The notes: a model not told the origin generated them from the letters alone. DNA of 64,000 bases from Deltaproteobacteria bacterium (GCA_024277655.1 JAJRUT010000056.1:3683-67682); one strand, 5' to 3'; shown: positions 29,180 through 39,019, numbered from the stretch's first letter. Made by a program: numbers and translations.

Positions 29180-30381
29180 TAGATAATATCATTCATGCTG
29201 AGAATAACCGAAAGCATGGATAGGACAATGGTACCTACCCCGGCGGCCATAATAAGGATAAAGGCTGGTTCAATAACGGCGATTAGGTTTTTGACTGAGT
29301 TGCGCAACTCCCCTTCAAAATGATTGGCAATTTGACCGCAGACCTTGCCAATCTGTCCCGATTCTTCCCCCATGGCCAGTAGGTCCACTGCCAGATCATC
29401 AATCAGTTCCCCCTGAAGTTTCGGAGCCACGGCCTGGCCCTCCTTCAGGGCGGTGGTGGCTCGGATAAGCAGCTCACGGTAGCGTGGGTTGGTTACAACT
29501 CCACTTGAAATTTTAAGGGCAGTGACCAGGTGGACGCCGTTATTCACCAGAACCTCAAGGGTATGGAAAATCCTGGTGGTTTCAAGATTGCGAATGAGAG
29601 TGCTTAGAACCGGTAGTTTCAAGGCGGTATCCGCTACAATTTGCTTAATCTTGGGGGAGCGGTAGAGGTAGGTTCCGGTTGCCGGGGGCAGAAGCAGGAG
29701 GAGCAGGGAAAAAAACGGATGGCTGGTTAAAAAGGTGGATATCGCCATGAGGATAATGATGTTGAGGGGCAGTTCCTGGTCAAGCCCGGCAAACAGGGTC
29801 TCAAAACGGGGCATGATACCGAGAAGAAGCGCCATAATAATCCCGAAACCGGCCACAGCCAGAAAGATCGGGTAGATGGCACTTGAAATAACAAACTGTT
29901 TCAACTCTCTGGCTTCATCTTGACTTTGAGCGATTTTTATCAACATTTCCGGTAAGGCCCCACCCTCCTCGCCAGCCCGGACAATATTAACATACATCGA
30001 AGAGAATAGAGGCTCCTCGGCCAGGGCTTCAGATAGAGAGCCGCCCTCTTTGATTTTGGTTTCAAGGCGCAGGATAAAGGCTTGAACTGCGGGTTTTTTG
30101 GCCTGCTTATGCAGGGTACGTAGGGCACCATCCAGTGATTTGCCACTGTCCACCAGCAGGGCCAGTTGTTTGGTGACAAAGCTGATGTCTGTTTGGTTTA
30201 GTTTTTTGTTATGGATGAAGTCTGCCAGGGAAAAGGCGTGTTTTTTACGAAGTTTATAGGGCAGGATAGAGACCGGTCGTATCCCCTGTTGTAGTAACTT
30301 CCTCTTGACCTCATCTTCATTAGGGGCCTGACTGATGCCTTCAAGAACCTCATCGTTGCGGGTGCCGCTATACTTAAACAT
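29179..30381 (-). CDS. gspF: T2SS inner-membrane platform protein
   Basis: QLALLVDSG, GEEGGAL, AIYP, GEESG and IEP duplicated domains. Confidence 0.9.
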   Translation of the reverse strand: MFKYSGTRNDEVLEGISQAPNEDEVKRKLLQQGIRPVSILPYKLRKKHAFSLADFIHNKKLNQTDISFVTKQLALLVDSGKSLDGALRTLHKQAKKPAVQAFILRLETKIKEGGSLSEALAEEPLFSSMYVNIVRAGEEGGALPEMLIKIAQSQDEARELKQFVISSAIYPIFLAVAGFGIIMALLLGIMPRFETLFAGLDQELPLNIIILMAISTFLTSHPFFSLLLLLLPPATGTYLYRSPKIKQIVADTALKLPVLSTLIRNLETTRIFHTLEVLVNNGVHLVTALKISSGVVTNPRYRELLIRATTALKEGQAVAPKLQGELIDDLAVDLLAMGEESGQIGKVCGQIANHFEGELRNSVKNLIAVIEPAFILIMAAGVGTIVLSMLSVILSMNDII

Positions 30382-32053
30382 GCGTGGCGGCCTCACGGGT
30401 TATGCGTAGCACTTCGGTCATGGAGGTAAGGCCCTGTTCCACCTTGCTTACGCCATCGTTAAACAGGGTGTGAAATCCTGATTGAAAGGCGGCCTGGGTT
30501 AATTCTTCAAGGTCGGCCCGGCGTGAGATAAGGCTGGCAATTTGGGGCGATATGCTGAGCAGTTCGTAGATTCCCACCCGACCGGAGTAGCCAGTTTGGC
30601 TGCAATCAGGGCACCCTTCCCCTTGTTGTAAGGGGAAGTCACGGCCCGCTGGCAATTGATCCAGATATTCGGAGGCCATCCCTCGGCTGATCCGGCAATT
30701 CGGACAGATCCGCCGAACCAGACGTTGGGCGAGGATGCCCCGTAGGGCCGATGAAATCAGGAATCGCTCCACGCCGATGTCGATCAGGCGAATGACAGCG
30801 GACAGGGCATCGTTGGTGTGGAGGGTGGAGAAAACCAGGTGACCGGTGAGGGAGGATTGGACAGCAATTTCCGCCGTTTCAAGGTCGCGAATCTCACCAA
30901 TCATAATCACATCTGGATCCTGACGGACAATGGCCCGCAGTCCCTTGGCAAAGGTCAGGCCAACCTCGGTCTGTACCTGAATCTGATTGATGCCGTGGAG
31001 TTGGTATTCCACCGGGTCTTCCACGGTGATGATCTTGTTTGAGCCGTTATTGATCTGATTGAGGGCGCAGTATAGGGTGGTAGTTTTGCCGGAACCGGTG
31101 GGGCCTGTGACCAGAACAATGCCGTTTGGTTGTTTGATGATGGACTGGAATGATTCCTCGATGGCGGAGGGCATGCCGAGACGACTCAGATCCAGAATAA
31201 CGTTCTCCTTTTCAAGGATACGAATGACCACTCCTTCGCCATGGATGGTGGGTAGGGTGGAGACGCGCAAGTCAATCTCTTTGCCACTGAGGCGCATGGA
31301 TATCTTACCGTCCTGGGGGACACGGCGCTCGGCAATATCAAGGGTTGCCAGCAGTTTTATTCTGGAGACGATTGCGGCCTGCATGGAGCGGAGCGGGGTT
31401 TCATGCTCGTACAGGATGCCGTCAATCCGAAAACGGATCACCTGCCCGGATTCAAAGGGTTCAATATGAATATCAGAGGCCCGTCGGGACACGGCGGTAT
31501 CAATAAGATTATTGACGTATTTAATGACTGGTGCTTCCGAGGCCATGTCCTTTAGCCGATCAATATCCGATTCTTCAAGAAACAGCTCATCCTCTTTGTG
31601 GTCGGTGAGTTTCAGGTCGTAATGCTCATCACAAAGTTTTTCGAGGTTGGCGGGTAGGGTAAGCTGGATAATGGGGCGGAATTCAGGATAGGAGTTTTGG
31701 CTGCAAATCTCCGCAGCTGACAGGGTTTCGTGGTTGCCCATATCAGCAAAAAGTATGATGAGAATATCTATCCGTTGAATAAGGCAGAAGAGGTGCTGGC
31801 GATGAAACTCCTGGCCGAGGTCAATTGCCAGAAAGATGTCGTCATCCTCCGGTTGATAGAGCGACAGGTTAAGGAGAGTGGCCTTGGTGGTAAGGACATC
31901 CTCTTCACTTAAAAAGCCGAGGGAGAGGAGAATCTCCGGCAGTTGCTGCGAGGACGACTCGAGGTGGGAGATGGCGCGGTCAAGTTTTGATTGGCTCAGC
32001 CTGCCGGTTTCCACCAGAAGGGAGCCAAAGGCTTTGTTGTCAAAAAGACTCAC
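30374..32053 (-). CDS. gspE: T2SS ATPase
   Basis: ASDIHIEP, GPTGSGKTTT Walker A, RQDPDVIMIGEIRD and a tetra-Cys motif. Confidence 0.92.
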   Translation of the reverse strand: MSLFDNKAFGSLLVETGRLSQSKLDRAISHLESSSQQLPEILLSLGFLSEEDVLTTKATLLNLSLYQPEDDDIFLAIDLGQEFHRQHLFCLIQRIDILIILFADMGNHETLSAAEICSQNSYPEFRPIIQLTLPANLEKLCDEHYDLKLTDHKEDELFLEESDIDRLKDMASEAPVIKYVNNLIDTAVSRRASDIHIEPFESGQVIRFRIDGILYEHETPLRSMQAAIVSRIKLLATLDIAERRVPQDGKISMRLSGKEIDLRVSTLPTIHGEGVVIRILEKENVILDLSRLGMPSAIEESFQSIIKQPNGIVLVTGPTGSGKTTTLYCALNQINNGSNKIITVEDPVEYQLHGINQIQVQTEVGLTFAKGLRAIVRQDPDVIMIGEIRDLETAEIAVQSSLTGHLVFSTLHTNDALSAVIRLIDIGVERFLISSALRGILAQRLVRRICPNCRISRGMASEYLDQLPAGRDFPLQQGEGCPDCSQTGYSGRVGIYELLSISPQIASLISRRADLEELTQAAFQSGFHTLFNDGVSKVEQGLTSMTEVLRITREAATHV

Positions 32054-32460
32054 AGGTAGTTCTCTCGGGTTAGTGGCTTGATACTAAGTGATTTTGCGGA
32101 CTCTTTTTTAGTTGTATAACAGATTACAGGTGGCGGAGCCAATTTTTCTTAAGCCATCCTATGGCAGCGGTGTTCAGAGATGGGCATCTTGGCGAACATC
32201 CCGTAAATACAAGAAAAATATAGATTAAACCAACCAATAGGCCTTTTTAGGCTTCTGCTTGACCTGCACCAATGTCCCTGTTAGATATGTGACATGTTGC
32301 CACATGTGGCGATTGCGCTCGGGGGCGGTGTTGAGTGTTTTATGGCTTTGGAATACCAGACTCCTTATGGTACCTATCGTGTTTTGTCGAGGGGTGCTGC
32401 ATTCTGTCTGAAAAACGAAGACATGGTACTGGTTGCAGAACTAACAGGTGGCATTTTCCC

Positions 32461-33162
32461 ATGAAAGAACGTTGTCAGGATTGTAGTCTAAAGCAGATTA
32501 TCGGCACGTCACAGGCCACCCAGGATCTTCTTGTCGAGATGCAGGTCATTGCCGGGGCTGGGGTTGATACGGTCTTGGTGACGGGTGACTCTGGTACGGG
32601 TAAGGAGCTTGTTGCCGGTCATCTGTATAAACTTATGAGTAAGGGGCACAATACTCCTCTTGTTCGGGTGAACTGTGCGGCCTTGCCGGAGGCGCTCCTT
32701 GAAGAGGAATTGTTTGGCCATAGCAAAGGGGCGTTCACCGATGCCAGATGTGATAAAAAGGGACTGTTTGAGCTTGCTGACGGGGGATGTCTGCTCCTTG
32801 ATGAAATTAAGGACAATGCCCCATCCTGTTCCGAGTGTCATGACGGTTCGGGTCAGACTCCGGATGGAACCAAAATGGTTCCCTTTGCTGCTCTTGGCTA
32901 CCAGTCCTTTCCAACCAGTGCGATGTGTTCTCTCTGTCACGAGAGTGAGAGTATGAACTGGGATGATATGCACGCCAAACATGTGGAAGATAAGGGTCTT
33001 GACTGTGTGTCCTGTCATACTACACCACCCACCGGGCTTAGGGCATCCCGCCTGAGCCTCTGTGCCGACTGTCACGACTATGAGTCCGAGACCGATTCGC
33101 AGAATATCCATAATAAGCATGTGAAGGAGAGTATCGGTTGCGCAACCTGTCATACCTTCTAG
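32461..33162 (+). pseudogene. In-frame chimera of a truncated sigma54-interaction (AAA+) domain and a pentaheme cytochrome c C-terminus
   Basis: GDSGTGKE, VNCAAL, ELFGH, GAFTDA and LLDEI, then an abrupt switch to CSECH, CSLCH, CVSCH, CADCH and CATCH. Confidence 0.7.
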
Positions 33163-33184
33163 TTTAATCCGGAAGGTTTGCTAT

Positions 33185-33221
33185 AAAAGGGTCTGGGGAT
33201 TGTTCCCCCGGACCCTTTTTT
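33185..33221 (+). terminator. Intrinsic terminator
   Basis: aaaagggtctgggg...ccccggaccctttttt. Confidence 0.75.
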
Positions 33222-33347
33222 GTTTGTTGGCACTGCTGTATGTTTCTTTTTCCATGACATAGTTGCTTCTTGTTTGGTATGACTTCCCTGTAACCTGTTG
33301 TAATTATTCAAGGCACTCATAATGAATATTTCTGGTGTAGGTGGATT

Positions 33348-34043
33348 ATGTCTTCTTTTGTGAAAGTAAAGGCGATGGTGCCTGTTTGCATGCTGTTTTT
33401 TTTGTGTATGCTCCCCGGGGCGGGGTTTGCCAAGGGCGCGCTTAAACCGGTGTGGCTCACCTTTAGCCATGGGGATTGTCCCGATGGTTATCAGGTTAAA
33501 ATTAGAGGTGACCGCCCTTTCAAGGTGGACAATCATTTTTTGATTGCTGATCCGCCACGGCTTGTGGTGGATGTTGCCAATGCCAAGGTGGGGAAAAATA
33601 TATATATCAAAGTGGATCAGCCCGAGATAACCATGATCCGGGTGGCCAACCGAGAGCAAAGGGTGCGGGTTGTCCTGGATTTACCAAAAGACTCAAGCCA
33701 GAAGTATAAGTTTGTTGAGAAAGATCATAGGGTTATCGTTACCCTCTTGGCTGAGAAGTCTGCCGCCGCTAAAGCGCAAATTGCAAATTCTTCCGATTTG
33801 CCCGATGGTTATGTGTCAATCCAACTGCACAGGGCTGAACTGACAGATTTTTTTGCCATTATCTCCAAATCCTCCGGTCAGCGCATTGATGTGGATGAGT
33901 CGCTCAAAACACCGATTTCCCTGCGTCTGGTTAATGTCAGGTGGCAGGACGCCCTGGCCCAGGTACTTAAATTATACTCCCTTGATGTTGAAGAGCAGGA
34001 GGGACGTTGGTATGTCCATTCAGGGCGTGAAGCGCTAAAATAG
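33348..34043 (+). CDS. AMIN-domain protein with a secretin N0/STN-like domain and no barrel
   Basis: Signal peptide, DPPRLVVD and VRVVLDL (AMIN), ISLRLVNVRWQDAL (PilQ N0-like). Confidence 0.7.
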   Translation: MSSFVKVKAMVPVCMLFFLCMLPGAGFAKGALKPVWLTFSHGDCPDGYQVKIRGDRPFKVDNHFLIADPPRLVVDVANAKVGKNIYIKVDQPEITMIRVANREQRVRVVLDLPKDSSQKYKFVEKDHRVIVTLLAEKSAAAKAQIANSSDLPDGYVSIQLHRAELTDFFAIISKSSGQRIDVDESLKTPISLRLVNVRWQDALAQVLKLYSLDVEEQEGRWYVHSGREALK

Positions 34044-34045
34044 TT

Positions 34046-34072
34046 TCAGAAAAAGAGTCTCGCAACCGATAC
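34046..34072 (+). promoter_or_regulatory. Possible sigma-28 (FliA) promoter
   Basis: TCAG-N15-ACCGATAC, compared with the consensus TAAA-N15-GCCGATAA. Confidence 0.45.
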
Positions 34073-34104
34073 GGAGAGTATATTATTTTCTTTGGAGGTG
34101 TCCC

Positions 34105-34638
34105 ATGAAGATCAACGGTGCTGCTGGTGCGGGTCAGCTTAAAACTCTTTTACCCGTAAAGTCAGAAGGTTCTGAGGCCAGGAAGTCGGGGCAGTATTCG
34201 GTTTCAGGGGCAGAGACTCGTTTTAATAGTTTTAAGTTAGAGCTTTTTGGTGAGACAAAGGAGAGATTTTCGGTTCAATCGGGGCTGGCCCATCTTCTCC
34301 AAAATAAGGAATTTGATGTTTCATCCCTAGAGTATGACGGACGATCTATTCTGGATTTATCCCCCGAGGCGGCGGCGGATCTTGTTAGCGAAGAGGGTTA
34401 TTACGGAGTAAAGAATACCGCAGCCCGTCTGTCTGGCTTTGTTATAGGTGGTGGGGGTGCTGATTTTGACAAGATTCGCTCAGGACGTGAGGGTATTGTC
34501 AGGGGATTTAAAGAGGCGGAACAGTTATGGGGCGGTGAATTACCTGAAATTAGTTACAAGACCTTGGAGCTTGCCCTGGGGCAGATTGATGCCCGTATTC
34601 AGGAGCTCGGTGGTTCGGTGATTAATACGGCGGTATAG
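34105..34638 (+). CDS. Hypothetical protein (DUF5610-like)
   Basis: RBS ggagg, LVSEEGYYGVKNTA and GFKEAEQLWGGELPEISYKT. Confidence 0.65.
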   Translation: MKINGAAGAGQLKTLLPVKSEGSEARKSGQYSVSGAETRFNSFKLELFGETKERFSVQSGLAHLLQNKEFDVSSLEYDGRSILDLSPEAAADLVSEEGYYGVKNTAARLSGFVIGGGGADFDKIRSGREGIVRGFKEAEQLWGGELPEISYKTLELALGQIDARIQELGGSVINTAV

Positions 34639-34657
34639 AACTTTTTGTGGCAGTGGT

Positions 34658-34701
34658 AAAAAGGGGTTGAGTCAGCATCTTGTTGATTCAACCCCTTTTT
34701 T
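34658..34701 (+). terminator. Intrinsic terminator
   Basis: aaaaaggggttgagtca...tgattcaaccccttttt. Confidence 0.8.
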
Positions 34702-34847
34702 AATTTAGGGTAAGAAAAATGGTGTAAAAACTAAAGGGGGGCCACTTAGCGCAAGTGGCAGATTCCTATAAATTTAACGTTTTATGGCCATTTTTTTTTG
34801 GGGATCTATCTGCCGAAATTATCATGAAAATTGATATTGTAAAGGTC

Positions 34848-34904
34848 TAGCCACAGAATCGACGGAACAACACAGAATATTTTGTCCGTGTTGTTCCGTG
34901 GCTA
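34848..34904. repeat. REP-like imperfect palindrome
   Basis: tagccac...acggaacaacac...gtgttgttccgtggcta. A loosely related accacg...cgtggtt element lies at 41008-41087. Confidence 0.55.
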
Positions 34905-35005
34905 AAAGAAAAGTTGTAATGTTTGGCTAAATAATCCCGTTTTTCTAGTTTACTTGCGTTAAGTGGATATTCCCCCCTAAAACTAAAAATCTGCAACGAA
35001 TAAAT

Positions 35006-35719
35006 ATGAGCCAAGAAAAAAAAGCAGTTATTCTTCTGAGTGGTGGACTGGACTCCACCACTGTCCTTGCCATCGCCCTGCAACAGGGGTTTTCCTGTTA
35101 TTGTCTGAGCTTTTCCTACGGCCAACGGCAAACGGTGGAGCTTGAACGGGCAAAGCAGGTGGCACAGGTTCAGGGTGCGACCAGGCATCTGATCTTGAAC
35201 CTTGACCTTGGTAAAATAGGTGGCTCGGCGCTGACCACCGATATGCCGGTGCCAAAATCAAGATCCATCGGTCAGATGGGAGATTCAGGGGTGCCGGTGA
35301 CCTATGTCCCGGCCAGGAATACGATATTTCTCTCCCATGCCATCGCCTGGGCCGAGGTGGTGGGTTCCTTTGATATCTTTGTCGGGGTGAATGCCCTTGA
35401 TTACAGTGGCTATCCCGATTGTCGCCCGGCCTTTATCGGTGCCATGGAACAGGTGGCCAATCTGGGGACAAGTGTCGGGGTGGAGGATCAGCAACGCTTT
35501 AAGATTCATACTCCCCTTATGCGTCTCACCAAAAAGGAAATTGTCCAGAAGGGGCTTAGTCTTGGCGTTGATTATTCCATAACCCATAGCTGTTATGACC
35601 CCGATACCGAGGGTAAGTCCTGTGGTCAATGTGATGCCTGTCTCCTGCGCTTGAAAGGTTTTGCTGAGGCTGGGTGTGTGGATCCAATCTCATACCAGAC
35701 AGGAAAGTCCCATGGATAG
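35006..35719 (+). CDS. queC: 7-cyano-7-deazaguanine synthase
   Basis: SGGLDS, YVPARN, YPDCR, SCY...CGQCDAC. Confidence 0.96.
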   Translation: MSQEKKAVILLSGGLDSTTVLAIALQQGFSCYCLSFSYGQRQTVELERAKQVAQVQGATRHLILNLDLGKIGGSALTTDMPVPKSRSIGQMGDSGVPVTYVPARNTIFLSHAIAWAEVVGSFDIFVGVNALDYSGYPDCRPAFIGAMEQVANLGTSVGVEDQQRFKIHTPLMRLTKKEIVQKGLSLGVDYSITHSCYDPDTEGKSCGQCDACLLRLKGFAEAGCVDPISYQTGKSHG

Positions 35720-36716
35720 GTTTGATTGTGGTGGTTGTTTTATGGCCGGTTTGCCGGGGCCGACCCTTGATGGGGGAACAATGCGTCTCATGGCTGAATT
35801 TGGGGTTAATCACTTTATCCTGTTTAAGCGCAATATTGTCGATGCCGCGCAGGTGCGGAATCTCTGTCTGGCTATTGTCGGCTACTGTCAGGAGCAACAT
35901 CTGCTGGAACCGCTTATTGCGATCGATCAGGAAGGCGGAACGGTGCAGCGTCTAAAGCCACCGTTTCCGCAGTTTGCTGATGCCAGAGCGTATGGTACCT
36001 GCAACAAGCCGGAGGAGGCACTCGTTCGCTATAGCCAGGAAAATGGCGCGCTGCTTGCGGGGCTTGGTATCAACGTTAACTTTGCCCCGGTTCTCGATGT
36101 TTGCCCTGAGGGGCAGGACTGTTTTATGGAGCATCGCTGTCTGCATGATGACCCTGATATGGTAGCCCGGCTTGGCGCTCTTGTTATTGCTGGGTTTCAG
36201 GGGCTTGGGGTCGCCGCCTGTGGCAAACATTTCCCCGGCCTTGGTGAGGCTGTTATCGACCCCCATTTGCACCTGCCCCGGCTGGACGATGATCTGGCTA
36301 AAATACGAAGCTTTGATCTTATTCCCTTTAGGCGGGCGATTGAGGTCGGGGTGGGTCTTATGATGACGTCCCATGTCCAGTATGATGGTGTTGACCCTGA
36401 GCATCTGGCCACCATGTCGCCTTTTATCCTGCAGGATCTCCTCCGGGCTGAACTCGGGTTTAATGGTGTTGTGGTGACCGATGACCTGGAGATGGGGGCG
36501 GTGAAGAACCATTTTGGCGTGGCTGAGGCGGCGGTGTTGTCCCTTGAGGCCGGTGCGGATCTTCTCCTAATCTGTGAGGAACAGGGGTATGTTCGCCAGG
36601 GGGTGGAGCTTTTACTAGACCGTTGTCAAGGGGATGGTGTGCTGGCGGCGCGTCTGCACGAGGCCCTGGGCCGAATAAAAAGACTTTCTGCTTGTTTTGG
36701 TCGGAAACATGATTAA
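35712..36716 (+). CDS. nagZ: Beta-N-acetylhexosaminidase (GH3)
   Basis: IDQEGG, NFAPVLD, KHFPGLG-x4-D-x-H, TDDLEM. Confidence 0.88.
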   Translation: MDRFDCGGCFMAGLPGPTLDGGTMRLMAEFGVNHFILFKRNIVDAAQVRNLCLAIVGYCQEQHLLEPLIAIDQEGGTVQRLKPPFPQFADARAYGTCNKPEEALVRYSQENGALLAGLGINVNFAPVLDVCPEGQDCFMEHRCLHDDPDMVARLGALVIAGFQGLGVAACGKHFPGLGEAVIDPHLHLPRLDDDLAKIRSFDLIPFRRAIEVGVGLMMTSHVQYDGVDPEHLATMSPFILQDLLRAELGFNGVVVTDDLEMGAVKNHFGVAEAAVLSLEAGADLLLICEEQGYVRQGVELLLDRCQGDGVLAARLHEALGRIKRLSACFGRKHD

Positions 36717-36932
36717 CGTATTGGAATGATTGGCTTTAGAGGTAGAGCGGGTTGGTTTACCTGAAAGAAAAATAATTGACTGCTGGAGGTGGAGTTCTTT
36801 TTTTCGTATACTTAACATTGTAGTGGCAGTTTGAGTTTAGTGCGGTCTTGAAAATCAGCACGGACTGATTTTCAAGACGTTCCTTTGCCGAAGTAACGAA
36901 ATTTTGGCAAACCCTATATTAAGGAGGCGTGT

Positions 36933-37466
36933 ATGGAACTTAAGGTTGAAGGTTTAAATCTGAAGATCAGAAACTCATGGAATGAAAAAATTGCTGAGGA
37001 GCGTGAACGACTCGATCGTCACCATCCCGGCCTGATTCAAAATCTGCGAATTACAGTGGAGGCCACCAAGCATCATAAGGGTGGCGGTCATGAGGTGAGA
37101 CTTATTGCCGGGGTGCCCAATGATACAGTGGTGGTGAAACGCAAGGGTGAGTCGGTTCGACCCATGCTTGTGGATGCCTTTGACACCCTCGGACTTCAAC
37201 TAAAAGAACTACAGCGTAAGCGACAGCGCAGTCAAAAGAGTCATGACGTTGGTGCGACTGCGGCCGGATGTGCCGGGGTGATAAAGACTCTCTCGCCCTT
37301 TGAGTCCTACGGCTTTATTTTTGATGATACCGGTCGGGATATTTATTTTCATGAGAATGCCTTGAAAAATTTGGCCATGGATGAGCTTAAGGAAGGTGAC
37401 AGTGTTGTCTTTGGCGAAACCACAGGCGATAAAGGGCCTCAGGCAAGTTGGGTCAGGGCCGTGTAG
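36933..37466 (+). CDS. HPF/RaiA-family domain fused to a cold-shock domain
   Basis: N-terminal HPF-like domain (DAFD) and C-terminal YGFI...IYFH...KGPQA cold-shock motifs. RBS aaggagg. Confidence 0.8.
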   Translation: MELKVEGLNLKIRNSWNEKIAEERERLDRHHPGLIQNLRITVEATKHHKGGGHEVRLIAGVPNDTVVVKRKGESVRPMLVDAFDTLGLQLKELQRKRQRSQKSHDVGATAAGCAGVIKTLSPFESYGFIFDDTGRDIYFHENALKNLAMDELKEGDSVVFGETTGDKGPQASWVRAV

Positions 37467-37582
37467 TTTTTTGTAAGAAAGTAGTGGCAGGATGTGCAGA
37501 AGAGAAGTTTATTGCCAGGCTTTCTGGTCTTAAGCTGCTCAATCTTAAGCGTCCTGTAAAAAAAGAGTAGAAATCTCCATGG

Positions 37583-37623
37583 GGCTTGTTTAGAATCGCT
37601 TTTTTCTAAACAAGCCTTTTTTT
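37583..37623 (+). terminator. Intrinsic terminator
   Basis: ggcttgtttagaa...ttctaaacaagcc followed by a T-run. Confidence 0.7.
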
Positions 37624-37682
37624 ATACCTGGACGCTAATATGGTTTAGCGTCCAGGTTGAACCCTATTTAAAGAATACGACC

Positions 37683-38777
37683 ATGCAAAAACAGCCGCCA
37701 ATCCCAGCATCCTACAGCCAGACCGATGAGTCCGTTCTGGTCGAAAAGATTAAAGCCCACAAAAAAGAATTTGGCGATAGACTGTTGCTTCTAGCTCACC
37801 ATTATCAGGGGGATGCGGTGTTTCAATGTGCCGATGTGGTGGGTGATTCATTGCTTCTGGCCCGGGAAGCGGCTGCAAGTGGGGCTGAACTCATCGTTTT
37901 TTGTGGGGTACATTTTATGGCTGAGTCTGCCGATGTCCTCACTTCGGATTCCCAGGCTGTTTTTCTGCCTCATCTTGATGCCGGTTGCCCCATGGCGGAC
38001 ATGGCCAGTGCCAGGGAGGTCAGTGGAGCCTGGGAGGCCATGGGCGAATTTTGTGATATGGACAGGGTTGTGCCGGTGACCTATGTCAACTCTTCGGCGG
38101 CAATCAAGGCTTTTGTTGGTGAGCGAGGTGGGTCGGTATGCACCTCGTCAAATGCCGAACGGGTTCTGGCGTGAGCCCTTGAGAAGGGAGAAAAGATGTT
38201 CTTTTTTCCCGATGAGCATCTGGGGCGGAATTCAGCCCTTGCCCTGGGTATTGACTCTGAGCATATTCTTCTTTGGAAACGGGGAGAGGTTTTGGGCGGC
38301 AATAGTCCAGAGGCGGTAAAACAGGCTAGGGTTATACTGTGGGATGGTTTTTGCGAAGTGCATATGGAGTTTGATCCGATTCAGGTGGAGCTGTTTCGTA
38401 AGGAATACCCGGAGGGTAAGGTTATTATCCACCCCGAGAGCCGCTACAGTGCGGTGCGCAAGGCCGATGCCTATGGTTCCACCGAGGCTATTATAAAGGC
38501 GGTACGGGAGTCTCCGGCTGGAAGTGTTTGGGCGGTGGGCACTGAGGTGAATCTGGTTAAGCGTTTACAGTTTCAACATCCGGATAAGATCATTAAACTC
38601 CTTGCTCCAGCCTCCTGTGAATGTAAATTCTGCAAAACCATGGGGCTTGTTACCCCGGCAACCCTGCTTTGGCTCCTTGATAATCTGGCAGATGGCAAGA
38701 TGGTAAATCAGATTACCGTGAGTGCGGATATTGCCGCGGCCGCTAAGCTGTCCCTGGCGCGGATGCTTGAAATTTAA
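37683..38777 (+). pseudogene. nadA: Quinolinate synthase interrupted by an in-frame TGA at 38172-38174 (pseudogene, read-through or base error)
   Basis: AHHYQ, FCGVHFMAE, GCPMAD, YVNS, CTSSNA | PDEHLG, GFCEVH, HPE, GTE. Both halves are in the same frame. Confidence 0.85.
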
Positions 38778-38786
38778 TGTTTTTCC

Positions 38787-39019
38787 CCAGTAGTGTCCGG
38801 TTAGACTTTACGAGTCGTGGCTTACCTGCAGAGGGGGAATGTTGTTTGTCGTAGCGACATTCAGAAAAAAATCGTAGCATTTCGGAGTCTCACAGGTTCG
38901 CTTACCTCTTAGGAAATCAAGAGCTTTTTGTGCCACCAGTGAAGATAAACAACGTTTTTTACCGGTTTTTTGCTCGTGCATATAACGTAGACTTCGATTT
39001 ACTAACCGGACATCACTGG
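38787..39019. mobile_element. MITE-like non-autonomous element
   Basis: Terminal inverted repeats ccagtagtgtccggttag / ctaaccggacatcactgg (16/18), with a non-coding interior. Confidence 0.6.

Noticed and set aside
32335..32460. N-terminal extension of the chimeric ORF from the GTG at 32335
   Set aside because: The sequence is not protein-like, and the ATG at 32461 sits just before the recognisable domain.
34700..35005. preQ1 riboswitch before queC
   Set aside because: No preQ1 stem-loop with an A-rich tail is recognisable.
38172..38174. Genome-wide TGA=Trp recoding
   Set aside because: TGA ends many genes at the expected C-termini (e.g. 3552, 50084, 61389) and TGG is used for Trp throughout.
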